From: an uncultured Gemmatimonadales bacterium
GTDB taxonomy: Bacteria > Gemmatimonadota > Gemmatimonadetes > Gemmatimonadales > Gemmatimonadaceae
Direction: 5' to 3'
Assembly: GCA_963850905.1 (NCBI GenBank)
Contig: CAWKMU010000003.1
Coordinates: 1,248,001-1,312,000, forward strand
DNA: 64,000 nt
Both the position numbers and the translations under genes were made by a program. Positions within the stretch are counted from its first letter, which is position 1. Each line of letters begins with the position of its first letter. Positions 40,344 to 50,352 of this stretch are shown here, piece after piece. Under the pieces are notes generated by a model, which saw only the letters and a list, made by a program, of their open reading frames with translations, was not told where the DNA came from and did not search any database.

Positions 40344-41264
40344 CTATCGCAATGCGACGACGCGCGGCGGGTCGACGGAGTAGTCATAGAATCCACGCCC
40401 CGATTTGCGGCCGTACAGTCCCGCGGTCACCATCTGGCGAAGGAGAGGCGGTGGCGCGAATCGAGCTTCGCGGTACTCCGTGTACATGATCTCGGCGATG
40501 CGAAGGACCGTGTCGAGCCCGACAAAATCGAGGAGTGTCAGGGGGCCCATGGGATGCCCCGCCCCGAGTCGCATACCCGCGTCGATATCCGCCACCGACG
40601 CGACATCCTGCTCGACCGCGCGAATCGCGTCGAGCATGTAGGGCACGAGCAAGCGATTGACGACGAATCCTGAGGTATCGCGCGCGGCAATCGGTTGCTT
40701 CCCGACCCGACGAACGAACTCCGTTGCGCGGCCGATTGTGTCCTCACTCGTCATGATGGTTCGCACGACCTCGACGAGTGCCATCACCGGGACCGGATTG
40801 AAGAAGTGCAGACCGAGCATTCGGTCGGGGCGACCGCTCGCTACGGCCATTGCGGTCACTGTGAGGCTCGACGTGTTGGTCGCAAAGATCGTGTGCGGGG
40901 GCGCCTGCGCGTTGAGCGCGACCCACAGGGCGGTCTTCACCGACAGGTCCTCGACGACGGCTTCGATGATCAGGTCGCACGCTGCGACCGCGGCGAGATC
41001 GGTTCCGAACGACAGGTGACCGAGCGCCGCATCGCGATCCGCGGGCGTCAGTTTCTTCTTCTCGACGCCTACCGCGAGCGAGCGTTCGATGCGCGCTCGC
41101 GCTTGTGCCGCAAGTTCTGGCGAGATCTCGCGCAATCGCGTTTCCACTCCGGCGGCGGCGGCGATCTGCGCAATGCCGCTGCCCATGAGACCACCGCCAA
41201 CCACGCCGACCGAGGAGATGGGGGGGATGGGAGGGATTGGGGTCGAAGGTGAGGGCTGGGTCAC
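40344..41264 (-). CDS. 3-hydroxybutyryl-CoA/3-hydroxyacyl-CoA dehydrogenase
   Basis: GGGLMGSGIA, EAVVE, TNTSS, GLHFFNP, GFVVNR, HPMGPL. Confidence 0.93.
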   Translation of the reverse strand: MTQPSPSTPIPPIPPISSVGVVGGGLMGSGIAQIAAAAGVETRLREISPELAAQARARIERSLAVGVEKKKLTPADRDAALGHLSFGTDLAAVAACDLIIEAVVEDLSVKTALWVALNAQAPPHTIFATNTSSLTVTAMAVASGRPDRMLGLHFFNPVPVMALVEVVRTIMTSEDTIGRATEFVRRVGKQPIAARDTSGFVVNRLLVPYMLDAIRAVEQDVASVADIDAGMRLGAGHPMGPLTLLDFVGLDTVLRIAEIMYTEYREARFAPPPLLRQMVTAGLYGRKSGRGFYDYSVDPPRVVALR

Positions 41265-41282
41265 TCCACAGGCGGTGCCGGT

Positions 41283-42191
41283 CTACCGCGGGTAGCCGCC
41301 AGTCAGCACATCGATGAACGATGCCGGCCGACGAGCATCGCCGTGCTCGAGGCGGTCGAGCACTTGCTCCAGCGCCAGCTGGGCGCGTTCCACCGTGTGA
41401 CGATGCGTCCGGGCAACGGCCGCAAAGGCAGCGACGCCGAGGGTAGCCGGCACCGCCCCGACAACGATGGCGGGCGCGAGCGGCGCCAGCGCAATTACGG
41501 TGAGGAATCCAGTGAGCAACCCCCCCAAGGCCACTCCGCCGACCGCGACGGCGGCGCCACCCTGCAGGCGTTGAGCCCGCGCGCTCGAGACGTCTGCGTC
41601 GAGTCGTACGAGTGTGCGCGTGTCATCTACGGGCACGGCGGTGGCGCCCACTTCGCGAGCGCGGAGGAGATCGTACATGTGTCCGGACGATGGGGCCAAC
41701 CGCCGAAACGTCGCCCAGAAGTCTCGTCGCGGTTCCCAGGTCATCCGCACGCCGTATCGACGCTTCACCGTGAGGCATTCGTCGCGCAGCATCATCTGGT
41801 TGAGGGTCGACAACAGCTGCGCCGGTGTTCCAATGACAGTGCGGTGCGCAGACGCCATGCTGGCGCCCGCCATCTGAGCGACGATGCCGTGCTCCGTCGG
41901 TACCGCGACCCGCGTTCGCTCCTCGGCCAGCGCCTGGCGCAGGTGCCCGGGCGACAGGCCGACTTCGCGGCCGATGTCGAGGAGCTGCTGCTCCGTCAGA
42001 CCGTCGGTCGGCTCGCTATCATCGCCCGCCGCCGCTTGCAATTCCGCGGCGCGCGCGAGCACGCGCTCCAGCGCCGGGCGGTCGATCGGCGCTCGGTCGA
42101 TTGATCGGGTGACGGCCGTGCCGTCACCGCCGCGCGCGTCGATCACCGATGGCAGCAGCGCTGGCGGGGCAGTGTCGGACGGGTCAGGCAT
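41283..42191 (-). CDS. Hypothetical membrane protein
   Basis: Long ORF in operon-like run, two C-terminal TM helices. Confidence 0.75.
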   Translation of the reverse strand: MPDPSDTAPPALLPSVIDARGGDGTAVTRSIDRAPIDRPALERVLARAAELQAAAGDDSEPTDGLTEQQLLDIGREVGLSPGHLRQALAEERTRVAVPTEHGIVAQMAGASMASAHRTVIGTPAQLLSTLNQMMLRDECLTVKRRYGVRMTWEPRRDFWATFRRLAPSSGHMYDLLRAREVGATAVPVDDTRTLVRLDADVSSARAQRLQGGAAVAVGGVALGGLLTGFLTVIALAPLAPAIVVGAVPATLGVAAFAAVARTHRHTVERAQLALEQVLDRLEHGDARRPASFIDVLTGGYPR

Positions 42192-42251
42192 CGACTGGGA
42201 AATCTAACGGCCAGGTGACCGGGTCCTGGAGCTACAGGGGCCTTTTCGCCC

Positions 42252-42452
42252 TCATCCTTCCCCTTTTCGCCCGCAGGTCGGGCAGAACTTCCACCCGACT
42301 TCCAACTCTGCGCTGCAGGCTGGACACTGCCGCACGGTCAGGTTCTGACCGCAGTGCGGACAAAACGTTATGGCGCGATCCGACGGGAATAGCCCGCCGC
42401 AATACCGACATCCGCTGGTGGCGGCGGGTGGCGCAACACGGGGCTCCGTCAA
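42252..42452 (-). CDS. Small zinc-ribbon protein
   Basis: Four CxxC pairs: CRYC, CPHC, CPAC, CPTC; TTG start assumed. Confidence 0.7.
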   Translation of the reverse strand: MTEPRVAPPAATSGCRYCGGLFPSDRAITFCPHCGQNLTVRQCPACSAELEVGWKFCPTCGRKGEG

Positions 42453-42454
42453 GG

Positions 42455-42634
42455 CTAGTGCCGCTCGATATCGTCGAGCTGCTTGTCGGCGTCCGAATTC
42501 ATCGACCCGTGATTCGCATTTTGGATGTGCTCGACGAAGCGCGTGACGATCATCTTGTCGTGCGTCCGCGCATCGCGAAAGCCCATTGCGTAGCCAATGC
42601 TGATGCTGACGACGAGGAGCAGAAGATAGCGCAT
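42455..42634 (-). CDS. Small hypothetical protein with N-terminal hydrophobic helix
   Basis: MRYLLLLVVSISIGYAMGFRDARTH; tiles between neighbours. Confidence 0.65.
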   Translation of the reverse strand: MRYLLLLVVSISIGYAMGFRDARTHDKMIVTRFVEHIQNANHGSMNSDADKQLDDIERH

Positions 42635-42677
42635 GTGTCGAAAGGGTTGGGGACCACTCTCGACGCACCGTTGAGCG

Positions 42678-43346
42678 TCACGGTAACGCGGCGCCCGGAT
42701 CGGGAAGCCTGCGAGCCGCAACGAAGGAGACCTCATCCGGAAACCCGTCCGGCGACCGGTCCGAGGGACTCCGCGCGCGCGATGCACGGTCGGCGAGCCA
42801 GGTGTCGAATTCCGACGGGACCAGCCCGCCGGAGGTGTCCTGCGCTGCCGCTGCGCGCGTCGCGAGATGGTTGGCGTACTCGTTCTGCGGATGTCCGCGA
42901 TGGCCGCGCACCCAGCGCCATTCGTATTGGTGTGGGCGGCTGCGCAGGACCGCGATCGCCTCGCGCCAGAGGGCCAGATTCTCGATGGCGCCGCCTTTGC
43001 GTGTCCAGCCGCGCTGCGCCCAACCGTGGACCCAGTCCGTAAGCCCATCGACCAGATAGCGCGAGTCGCTCGTGAAGACGATGCTCAACGCCGACGGCTT
43101 GGTCGAGACAGCGCGCACACCCTCGATCACCGACCGAAGTGCCATGCGATTGTTGGTCGTGGCTGGCTCTGACACCCAATAGTCGCGTCGCACAATCTCG
43201 CCGGTGCTCGGGCGCCGATACTCGACCAAGCCGCCGGCACCCCCCGGATTATCGCCCTCTCGGCCATTCCCAAGACACGATTCGTCGGCGTAAATGGCGA
43301 GCAACGGGAACGATGCACCCCGCGTCTGCCGAGCTGTTGGGGTCAC
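42678..43346 (-). CDS. rnhA: Ribonuclease HI
   Basis: YADESCLGN..PGGAG, TTNNRMAL, SDSRYL, WVRGHRGHPQNEYA. Confidence 0.9.
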   Translation of the reverse strand: MTPTARQTRGASFPLLAIYADESCLGNGREGDNPGGAGGLVEYRRPSTGEIVRRDYWVSEPATTNNRMALRSVIEGVRAVSTKPSALSIVFTSDSRYLVDGLTDWVHGWAQRGWTRKGGAIENLALWREAIAVLRSRPHQYEWRWVRGHRGHPQNEYANHLATRAAAAQDTSGGLVPSEFDTWLADRASRARSPSDRSPDGFPDEVSFVAARRLPDPGAALP

Positions 43347-43576
43347 GCGCCTAACGATCGATTGACAGGCTCGACCGTATCGAGCTCGTCGAGGAAGATG
43401 GTGAGTTCATCGCCTGTCGACGGATGCCGAGCGTCCAGGGCTTCGCGGCCGGCGACGACTCGGAGCCGCTCGGGCATCACGACGAGTTCCATGCCGCGGC
43501 GGACGATGGCGATCCGACCGCCGCCGACGATAGCGTGTTCTAGAACGTCGTACTGTGCCGGGCTCAAAGGGGGCAT
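43343..43576 (-). CDS. Small hypothetical protein
   Basis: MPPLSPAQYDVLEHAI..; 4-nt overlap with rnhA start. Confidence 0.65.
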   Translation of the reverse strand: MPPLSPAQYDVLEHAIVGGGRIAIVRRGMELVVMPERLRVVAGREALDARHPSTGDELTIFLDELDTVEPVNRSLGA

Positions 43577-43750
43577 GTGGGGGGCAAACGTCGGGGTACA
43601 GTATAGTGTCCTGATGACCGCTCGTCTCGCGACGCTCCAGATCTCCGGCGGGTGACCGGATGGTCGATAGCGGGTTCCCTGGCCCCTGGTCTCTGACCCC
43701 TTACCCCGCTGTTTGCCTCGACGGCACGGCTGTTGCCGCCTGAGCATGTT

Positions 43751-45358
43751 ATGGATGACGTCGCCGCGTCGATCCGTGCTCTCGCGGAGGCTCGGGCCCG
43801 CGCACATCGCGATACCCGTGATGCGCCACAAGACGTGGCGTCGCGCCACGCCGCGGACGCGCCGCCCGGGGCAGTTCCGGTCGTATTGGTGTCGAATCGG
43901 GAGCCATACGAGCACGTCCGGACCGCCGACGGCGTCGACGTCCGACGGCCGCCCGGGGGGCTCGTTTCCGCGCTCGACCCCACGGTGCGGCGCACGCACG
44001 GCGTGTGGGTCGCCTGGGGGTCGGGCACCGCCGATCGCGAAACGGCGGACGCCCACGGGCGACTCCCCGCACCTCCGCCGCCCGCGAGGCCGTCGTACGT
44101 GCTGCGCCGGGTGTGGCTCGATGACGCGGACGTGGACGGATACTACCTGGGCTTCGCTAACAGTGTGCTGTGGCCGCTCTGCCATCTCTTGATTCATCAC
44201 CTACAGTTCCGCGATGAGGAGTGGTCGCGATACCAGACGGTCAACGAGCGCTTCGCCGCGGCGGCCCGTGAGGAAGTTGTGCGCCTCGAGCGTTCGGGGC
44301 GAGGCGAGCCGGTCGTCTGGATCCACGACTATCACCTCGCGCTCGTGGCTGCCGCGTTGCGGCACGCTGCACCCGGGATTTTCATTCACCAGTTCTGGCA
44401 CATCCCGTTCCCGCCACCGGAGATACTGCATCTCCTGCCATACGGCGTCGTGGAGTCGCTGTTGCGCGGCATGTTGGGTAACGACCTGCTGGAGTTCCAC
44501 ACCGAACGACACGCGGTCAACTTCATCGAGGGTGCCTCGCAGCTACTGCCCGGCGCGACTGCGGATCGCGATGCGCTCGCCATCCACTATGGGGGCCGCA
44601 CCACCTCGGTTGGAGCCTTTCCCATCAGTATCGACGTGCATCGGTTCGAGACACTCGCGTCGTCGGAGGCCGCCACGGCCCGCGCCGCTGCCTTGCGACG
44701 CCGATTCGCGCCCGCCGGACGGCAGCTCGGCGTCAGCGTGGACCGCGTCGACTACACCAAGGGGATCCCCGAGCGCCTGCGCGCGCTCGATGTCTTGTGG
44801 GATCAGTCGCCCGAGCTTCGGGGACGCCTCACGGTGCTGATCGTCGCCGTACCGTCGCGCACCGTGTTGCGGCCGTATCAGACCCTCGAGCGCGAGATCC
44901 TGGAGAGCGTCGACTCGCTCAACGCCCGGTACGGCACACCGGACTGGACGCCGATCGTGTTCTTCAACGAGGCGGTGCCGCCCGGTGAGCTGGCTGCGAT
45001 CTACCGCGCGGCGGATCTGTGCTTGATCTCATCGATTCAGGATGGCATGAACCTCGTTGCCAAGGAGTTCATCGCCTGCCAGATCGATCAGCGAGGTGTC
45101 CTCGTCCTCAGCCGGTTTACTGGCGCTGCGCAAGAGATCGACGGTGCCGTATTGGTGAACCCGTTCAACGTGGACGGATTCGCGGCCGGTATTCGGACGG
45201 CGATCGAAATGGCACCGGCCGAACGTGCGCGGCGGATGCGTTTGATGCGCGAGCACCTGCGTCACGCAACGGTCTTCGACTGGCTCGATGCTGTGACGGC
45301 TCGTGTGAACGCCATGTCGGGTCGTGTCCCACTCGCTGACGCCCCGATTCGCGAATGA
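43751..45358 (+). CDS. otsA: Trehalose-6-phosphate synthase (GT20)
   Basis: VSNREP, GGLVSAL, LWPLCH, WIHDYHL, HIPFP, DRVDYTKGI, DGMNLVAKE. Confidence 0.93.
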   Translation: MDDVAASIRALAEARARAHRDTRDAPQDVASRHAADAPPGAVPVVLVSNREPYEHVRTADGVDVRRPPGGLVSALDPTVRRTHGVWVAWGSGTADRETADAHGRLPAPPPPARPSYVLRRVWLDDADVDGYYLGFANSVLWPLCHLLIHHLQFRDEEWSRYQTVNERFAAAAREEVVRLERSGRGEPVVWIHDYHLALVAAALRHAAPGIFIHQFWHIPFPPPEILHLLPYGVVESLLRGMLGNDLLEFHTERHAVNFIEGASQLLPGATADRDALAIHYGGRTTSVGAFPISIDVHRFETLASSEAATARAAALRRRFAPAGRQLGVSVDRVDYTKGIPERLRALDVLWDQSPELRGRLTVLIVAVPSRTVLRPYQTLEREILESVDSLNARYGTPDWTPIVFFNEAVPPGELAAIYRAADLCLISSIQDGMNLVAKEFIACQIDQRGVLVLSRFTGAAQEIDGAVLVNPFNVDGFAAGIRTAIEMAPAERARRMRLMREHLRHATVFDWLDAVTARVNAMSGRVPLADAPIRE

Positions 45359-47559
45359 CCGCGGAACTGTTTACCCCGCCCTGCCCGCCGCAAGCCGCGG
45401 CCGAGGTGAGTGGTCAGCCGCGTACGCCGACAGGCCGATACGCGCCGATCTCGGATTATGGCATGATCGGGGACCTGCACACCGCGGCACTCGTCAGCCG
45501 CAGTGGGTCCATCGATTGGTACTGTCCTCGATCGTTCGACAGTCCCTCCGTGTTCGCCGCCATTCTCGACGGAGCGCGTGGCGGATACATGTCGGTCCAG
45601 CCGACGTCGCCGTATACGGTCGAGCAGTGCTACGTCCGTTCCACGGCGATCCTCGTCACGAGGTTCCGTACGGCGGCGGGGGTCGTGGACGTGACCGACT
45701 TCATGCCAATTGTCAGTGGACGGCGGACGTTCGCGGAGATCCATCGACGGGTGATGTGTGTGAGCGGCGCGGTCGAAGTCGAGGTGGTCTTCGCGCCACG
45801 CTTCGACTATGGCGCGTGCCCGACCTATGTGCACCCGCGCCGCCACGGACTGCTCGCCACGGATGCCGAGGATCAGGTGCTCACGGTCGCCACCGCGCCC
45901 GACATCTGGTGGACGGTGGAGGGCGGCATCGCGCGTGCGAAACTCAAGCTCAGCTCGACACCGAGCGAGCATCGCGTCGACGGTCTTGGCGAGCCGCTGC
46001 CAGCTGGTGATAGCGGCGAGGACCGGAGGAGCACTCGCCCGTGGGGCTGGGCCGCTCTCGCAACGCGCGCGCTTGGCGCTAGTGAGCACGCCAAGGCCGC
46101 TGATGTGCCAGCTGAACCCGGGCTGACGGAACCGATCGGGCTTGGCCGAACGGTGGCCCGCGCGGGACATGCGGTGAGACGACTGACCGGCGCGGTCGCC
46201 CGTCTTGCCACGCCACGAAGCGTCCCTCGGAATCGCACGGCATCACTCGATCCGCTCGCCGCCGACAGCGCCAGCTCGATCTGGATCGTCATCCGATACG
46301 ACGACGATGAGGTCCGTCCGCTCGCGACCTACGAGTCTGACAGGAAACTCGCAGACACCCTTGCCTTCTGGGACACGTGGGTCGGGCAGGTGCAGTACAG
46401 CGGTCCGTATCAGGACGCGGTCACGCGGTCCGCCGTGACGTTGAAGCTGATGTGCTATGAGCCCACCGGCGCGATCGTGGCCGCTCCGACGACGTCGCTT
46501 CCCGAGCAGATTGGCGGCGTTCGGAACTGGGACTACCGTCTGTCGTGGATCCGAGACTCGGCGTTCGTGCTGTACTCCCTGAGTATTCTTGGGCACTCGA
46601 CCGAAGCCGATCGGTTCATGGAATTCCTGAAGCGGGTCGCGCGCCGGACGACCGACACACACTTGCAGGTCATGTACGGTCTCGATGGGCGGCGCGAGTT
46701 GCCGGAGCAAACGCTTCCGCATCTGGAGGGCTATCGAGGCTCTCGTCCCGTGCGCGTCGGGAACGCCGCGTACGATCAACTCCAGCTCGATGTGTACGGC
46801 GAGTTGCTCGAGACGGCCTATCTGTGGAGTCGAACGCGCGTTGTCACGGAGGGGACGTGGGTGACGCTCGAGCGCCTCGTCAACTGGGTCGCCGATCATT
46901 GGCAGCAGCCAGACAGCGGCATCTGGGAGGTCCGCGCGGGGCTGCAGCACTACGTCCTCAGCAAGGTCATGTGCTGGGTGGCGCTCGATCGCGGGATCCG
47001 GATGGCGCGCGAGTTTTCACTGACGGCGCAGCTGGATCGATGGGAGGCCGAGCGCGCCGCCGTCCATGCCGATGTGCTGGCGCGGGGCTTCAACGAGGCG
47101 AAAGGCAGTTTTGTACAGCACTACGGCACGGACGCCCTCGATGCATCCAATCTCGTCATTCCGATGGTCGGGTTCCTCCCGCACAGCGATCCACGCGTCG
47201 TCGGGACCGTGCAAGCCACACTACGCGAGTTGACCGACGCCAGACAGGAGTTTGTGTACCGCTATCGAAACGACGACGGGATCGCGGGGGAAGAAGGGGT
47301 GTTCTCGATCTGCACCTTCTGGCTGGCCGAGGCCCTGGCGTTGTGCGGGGACCGAGAGCGCGCGAAAGCCATTTTCGAACGCATGCTCCGTCAGGCCAAC
47401 CACGTCGGGCTCTACAGTGAGGAGCTCGATCCGGAAACCGGCGACTTCCTCGGCAACTTCCCGCAAGCGTTCACGCACATTGCGCTGATCAACTGTGCGC
47501 ACGTGCTGGAAAGGACCGGAGAGACGGTTGACGCTGAAAGGCGAGACGCTGGACGCTAG
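45355..47559 (+). CDS. Glycoside hydrolase family 15 (trehalase/glucoamylase-like)
   Basis: AAPTTSLPE..RNWDYR, QLDVYGE, DSGIWEVR, YSEE, GNFPQAFTH; ATGA coupling to otsA. Confidence 0.92.
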   Translation: MTAELFTPPCPPQAAAEVSGQPRTPTGRYAPISDYGMIGDLHTAALVSRSGSIDWYCPRSFDSPSVFAAILDGARGGYMSVQPTSPYTVEQCYVRSTAILVTRFRTAAGVVDVTDFMPIVSGRRTFAEIHRRVMCVSGAVEVEVVFAPRFDYGACPTYVHPRRHGLLATDAEDQVLTVATAPDIWWTVEGGIARAKLKLSSTPSEHRVDGLGEPLPAGDSGEDRRSTRPWGWAALATRALGASEHAKAADVPAEPGLTEPIGLGRTVARAGHAVRRLTGAVARLATPRSVPRNRTASLDPLAADSASSIWIVIRYDDDEVRPLATYESDRKLADTLAFWDTWVGQVQYSGPYQDAVTRSAVTLKLMCYEPTGAIVAAPTTSLPEQIGGVRNWDYRLSWIRDSAFVLYSLSILGHSTEADRFMEFLKRVARRTTDTHLQVMYGLDGRRELPEQTLPHLEGYRGSRPVRVGNAAYDQLQLDVYGELLETAYLWSRTRVVTEGTWVTLERLVNWVADHWQQPDSGIWEVRAGLQHYVLSKVMCWVALDRGIRMAREFSLTAQLDRWEAERAAVHADVLARGFNEAKGSFVQHYGTDALDASNLVIPMVGFLPHSDPRVVGTVQATLRELTDARQEFVYRYRNDDGIAGEEGVFSICTFWLAEALALCGDRERAKAIFERMLRQANHVGLYSEELDPETGDFLGNFPQAFTHIALINCAHVLERTGETVDAERRDAGR

Positions 47560-47645
47560 ACGCTGGAAGAGACACCCCGAAAGCCGGCCGCGGTGCGCCC
47601 AGCCCACCTCGAGGTTTGCCTCTAGCGTCCAGCCTCTCGCTGTTG
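47545..47645. repeat. Heptamer-armed inverted repeat (GACGCTR / YAGCGTC) at convergent gene ends
   Basis: gacgctg gacgcta gacgctg ... ctagcgtc cagcctc tcgctgtt. Confidence 0.65.
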
Positions 47646-48752
47646 AAATCCCCCCCATCCGTGCGCGCGCACCAGGGTTCCATGCTCATCGAGCCGCGGC
47701 GGTGGAAATCGCACGTGCCCGGGGACGGATGGGGCGACGCCGGTAAGGGGCGATGCGTCGGTGTCGCTCAAGGCCTCGCGCACGGTGCGCACCACGCCAC
47801 ATGGTACTTGAGCGTCGGTGAGGTCTGCGACCCAGTCGGCGGCAGTCCGATGTCGCACGCGGTCGGCGATCGCCGCGACGACGCGCTCGCGCGCGCGGAC
47901 GCGGCCGGCGTTGGTGCCGAGAGTCGGGTCGCCGGCGAGTGTCGGGAGATCGAGCACGCCCGCACAGGCGAGCCATTGAGCGTCAGTTCCCACGGCGATC
48001 GCAATCGGGCGATCGGCGGCATCGAATAGCTGATAGGGGACGAGGTTGGGGTGGGCGTTCCCCCAACGTCTGGCGTCCTCACGGCTGACCAACACGTTCT
48101 GGGCAACGTTGACGAGTGCGGCTGTCGCGCTCTGTGCCAGCGAGATCGAGAGGTGGCGCGCCTCTGGACTCAGCTCCACGCGGTCGCGGGCGAGGAGCGC
48201 TGCGAGCACCGCCACGGCGGCATCCTTGCCGGCGACCACATCCGCGAGCGCCACTCCGACCTTGGATGGCGTTCCGGCTGGCTCCCCCGTGATGGCCATC
48301 CAGCCCTGCTCGGCTTGAACGACGAAGTCGTACGCAATGCGTCGGCTCGTCGAACCGAAGCCCGAGATGGTGCACCAGACGAGGCGCGGGTATCGGGCGA
48401 GGAGTGTCCGAGCCTCGAGGTTGCGGTGCTCGAGCATATGAGGCCGAAAGTTGTCGACGACGACGTCGGCGCCTTCGACGAGCTTGCGGATCAGCGCTTG
48501 CCCCTCCAAGCTGTCGAGGTCGGCCGCAACGCTCCACTTGTTTCGATTGACGCTCAGAAAGTAGGCGCTCTGACCCGAGTCATCGAACGGCGGACCCCAC
48601 GTGCGACTGTCGTCTCCTGAACCCGGCCGCTCAATCTTGATGACGTCTGCCCCGAGGTCGCCGAGAAGCATTGTGCACAGCGGCCCGGCCAACACGCGCG
48701 TCAGGTCGAGGACTTTGACACCAGTGAGGTAATGATGACGCAATAGTGTCAT
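47622..48752 (-). CDS. CaiB/BaiF family III CoA-transferase
   Basis: KVLDLTRVLAGP, LGADVIKIE, GDDSR, NRNK, NFRP, PPRLDEH. Confidence 0.92.
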   Translation of the reverse strand: MTLLRHHYLTGVKVLDLTRVLAGPLCTMLLGDLGADVIKIERPGSGDDSRTWGPPFDDSGQSAYFLSVNRNKWSVAADLDSLEGQALIRKLVEGADVVVDNFRPHMLEHRNLEARTLLARYPRLVWCTISGFGSTSRRIAYDFVVQAEQGWMAITGEPAGTPSKVGVALADVVAGKDAAVAVLAALLARDRVELSPEARHLSISLAQSATAALVNVAQNVLVSREDARRWGNAHPNLVPYQLFDAADRPIAIAVGTDAQWLACAGVLDLPTLAGDPTLGTNAGRVRARERVVAAIADRVRHRTAADWVADLTDAQVPCGVVRTVREALSDTDASPLTGVAPSVPGHVRFPPPRLDEHGTLVRAHGWGGFQQREAGR

Positions 48753-49002
48753 AATAATGTCGTTACTTTCCGGTTAGATTGGTGCGGCGCCGCGGGCTGG
48801 GGACGCGTCGAATATGCCTTGCATAGATGATGAAAAATCATATACTTACCGCCGCGCGCGACCGCACAGAACGGCGGGGCGAGTCGCGTCACAGATCCGG
48901 TACCTTACGCTGCGCTCGTGAAGCCTTCAATACATTACTATCGGGGGCCTGAAAGACCGGCGGGCCACCCCCGCGACCGAGGGCGGACGGAGCACGCACC
49001 CT

Positions 49003-49665
49003 ATGGCGGATAAAGTGCAAATCACCACCGAGGTACGACCGGCCACGGACGGGTCGCCACCGGCGGCGCCGACGCCCCCCAAGCGGAGTCCGGGGCATCG
49101 CGGGGCCGACGTTCGCGACACCGTGGCTGAGATGGCGGCCAAGGCCGCTGAAATCAGTCAGGAAGCCGGCAGCAAAATGGCTGCGGCCATGAAGGACGTC
49201 ATCAGCGCGGCCGCGGGGCTGTCCGGGTTCGCGATCGAGAGCGCCAGGGACCTGGTCCAGTACATGGTCCGCCGGGGCCAAATGACGCAAGAAGAGGCGG
49301 ATAAGCTCATTCGCGAAGCCGAGGCTGCCGACGCCAAGCGGAACCCGCACCCCGTGCCTCCGCCGTCGCGCGTCCCCAAGCCGCCGCCGCCACCACCGGC
49401 TGAGCGAACGGAAGCCTTGTTGAGCACGGCTTTTGGGGTGCCGCGCCCGACTCCGGTTGGCGTGCCTCGAGCGCAGGAGCCGGCGTTGGTGGCGGCGCCT
49501 GCTGACCGGCCCCGACCGGCCGCCCCCGTGCGGCCCGAGGCCCAGCGGGTATCGGCGCCGGTCAAGAAGGTTGTTGCCAAGCCGAAGAAGAAGGCAACTG
49601 CGCCGGCCAAGCCAAAGGCAGCGGCCACCAAGAGCCCGAAGAAAAAGGCCGCGGCAAAGCGCTAA
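49003..49665 (+). CDS. Hypothetical protein, phasin-like core with Lys/Ala/Pro-rich tail
   Basis: LVQYMVRRGQMTQEEADKLIRE; KKVVAKPKKKATAPAKPKAAATKSPKKKAAAKR. Confidence 0.7.
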   Translation: MADKVQITTEVRPATDGSPPAAPTPPKRSPGHRGADVRDTVAEMAAKAAEISQEAGSKMAAAMKDVISAAAGLSGFAIESARDLVQYMVRRGQMTQEEADKLIREAEAADAKRNPHPVPPPSRVPKPPPPPPAERTEALLSTAFGVPRPTPVGVPRAQEPALVAAPADRPRPAAPVRPEAQRVSAPVKKVVAKPKKKATAPAKPKAAATKSPKKKAAAKR

Positions 49666-49785
49666 CGCGTCGTCGTTGTTACCTCCCGCGCTGGGGATCG
49701 TCTGGCGGACGTGACTGTCGCGCTTCGATACTCCGGTGCTGCAGCGGGTCTATACACCGGGCGGGGAACGGGTTATGGTAGCGCC

Positions 49786-50352
49786 GTGAAAACGACGGTG
49801 ACCGAAGTCCAGGCTGACCAAGTCGAAGCCGATCAGCTGATCATAGCGAGAGTCCTGGCGGGCCACCGCGAGGACTTCTCGCTTCTGATCGGCCGCTACA
49901 GCGACGCCCTCTACCGACACGCCCTCGGTATGACGGGAAGCCCCGATGTTGCGGAAGACATCCTCCAAATGTCCTTTATCAAAGCCTACCAACACCTCGC
50001 GGAGGTGCGGGGACGCTTTGATGCTTGGGTGTTCCGCATTGTGGCCAATGGATGCAAGGATTGGCTCAAGAACATCCGGCGCACGCACCTCAGCTACGAC
50101 GAGGATGATCAACCGTCAGGATATGCAACTCCTGAAGAAGACCTCGACCGTACCGAGTTGCGTGGCGATCTCGACCGTGCTCTCGCAGCGCTTGCTCCTA
50201 GCTTACGGGAAGCATTCGTGATGAAGCATGTGGAGGGGCGCTCGTACGAAGAGATGGCTGATTTGCTTGGTACAACTGTGGGGGCCCTGAAAATGCGCGT
50301 TCATCGCGCACGCGAGGCGCTCCAAGTTCTTCTAGAGGAGAAATACGCCTGA
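49786..50352 (+). CDS. ECF sigma-70 factor
   Basis: AEDILQMSFIKAY, FDAWVFRIVAN, GRSYEEMADLLG..KMRVHRAR. Confidence 0.92.
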   Translation: MKTTVTEVQADQVEADQLIIARVLAGHREDFSLLIGRYSDALYRHALGMTGSPDVAEDILQMSFIKAYQHLAEVRGRFDAWVFRIVANGCKDWLKNIRRTHLSYDEDDQPSGYATPEEDLDRTELRGDLDRALAALAPSLREAFVMKHVEGRSYEEMADLLGTTVGALKMRVHRAREALQVLLEEKYA

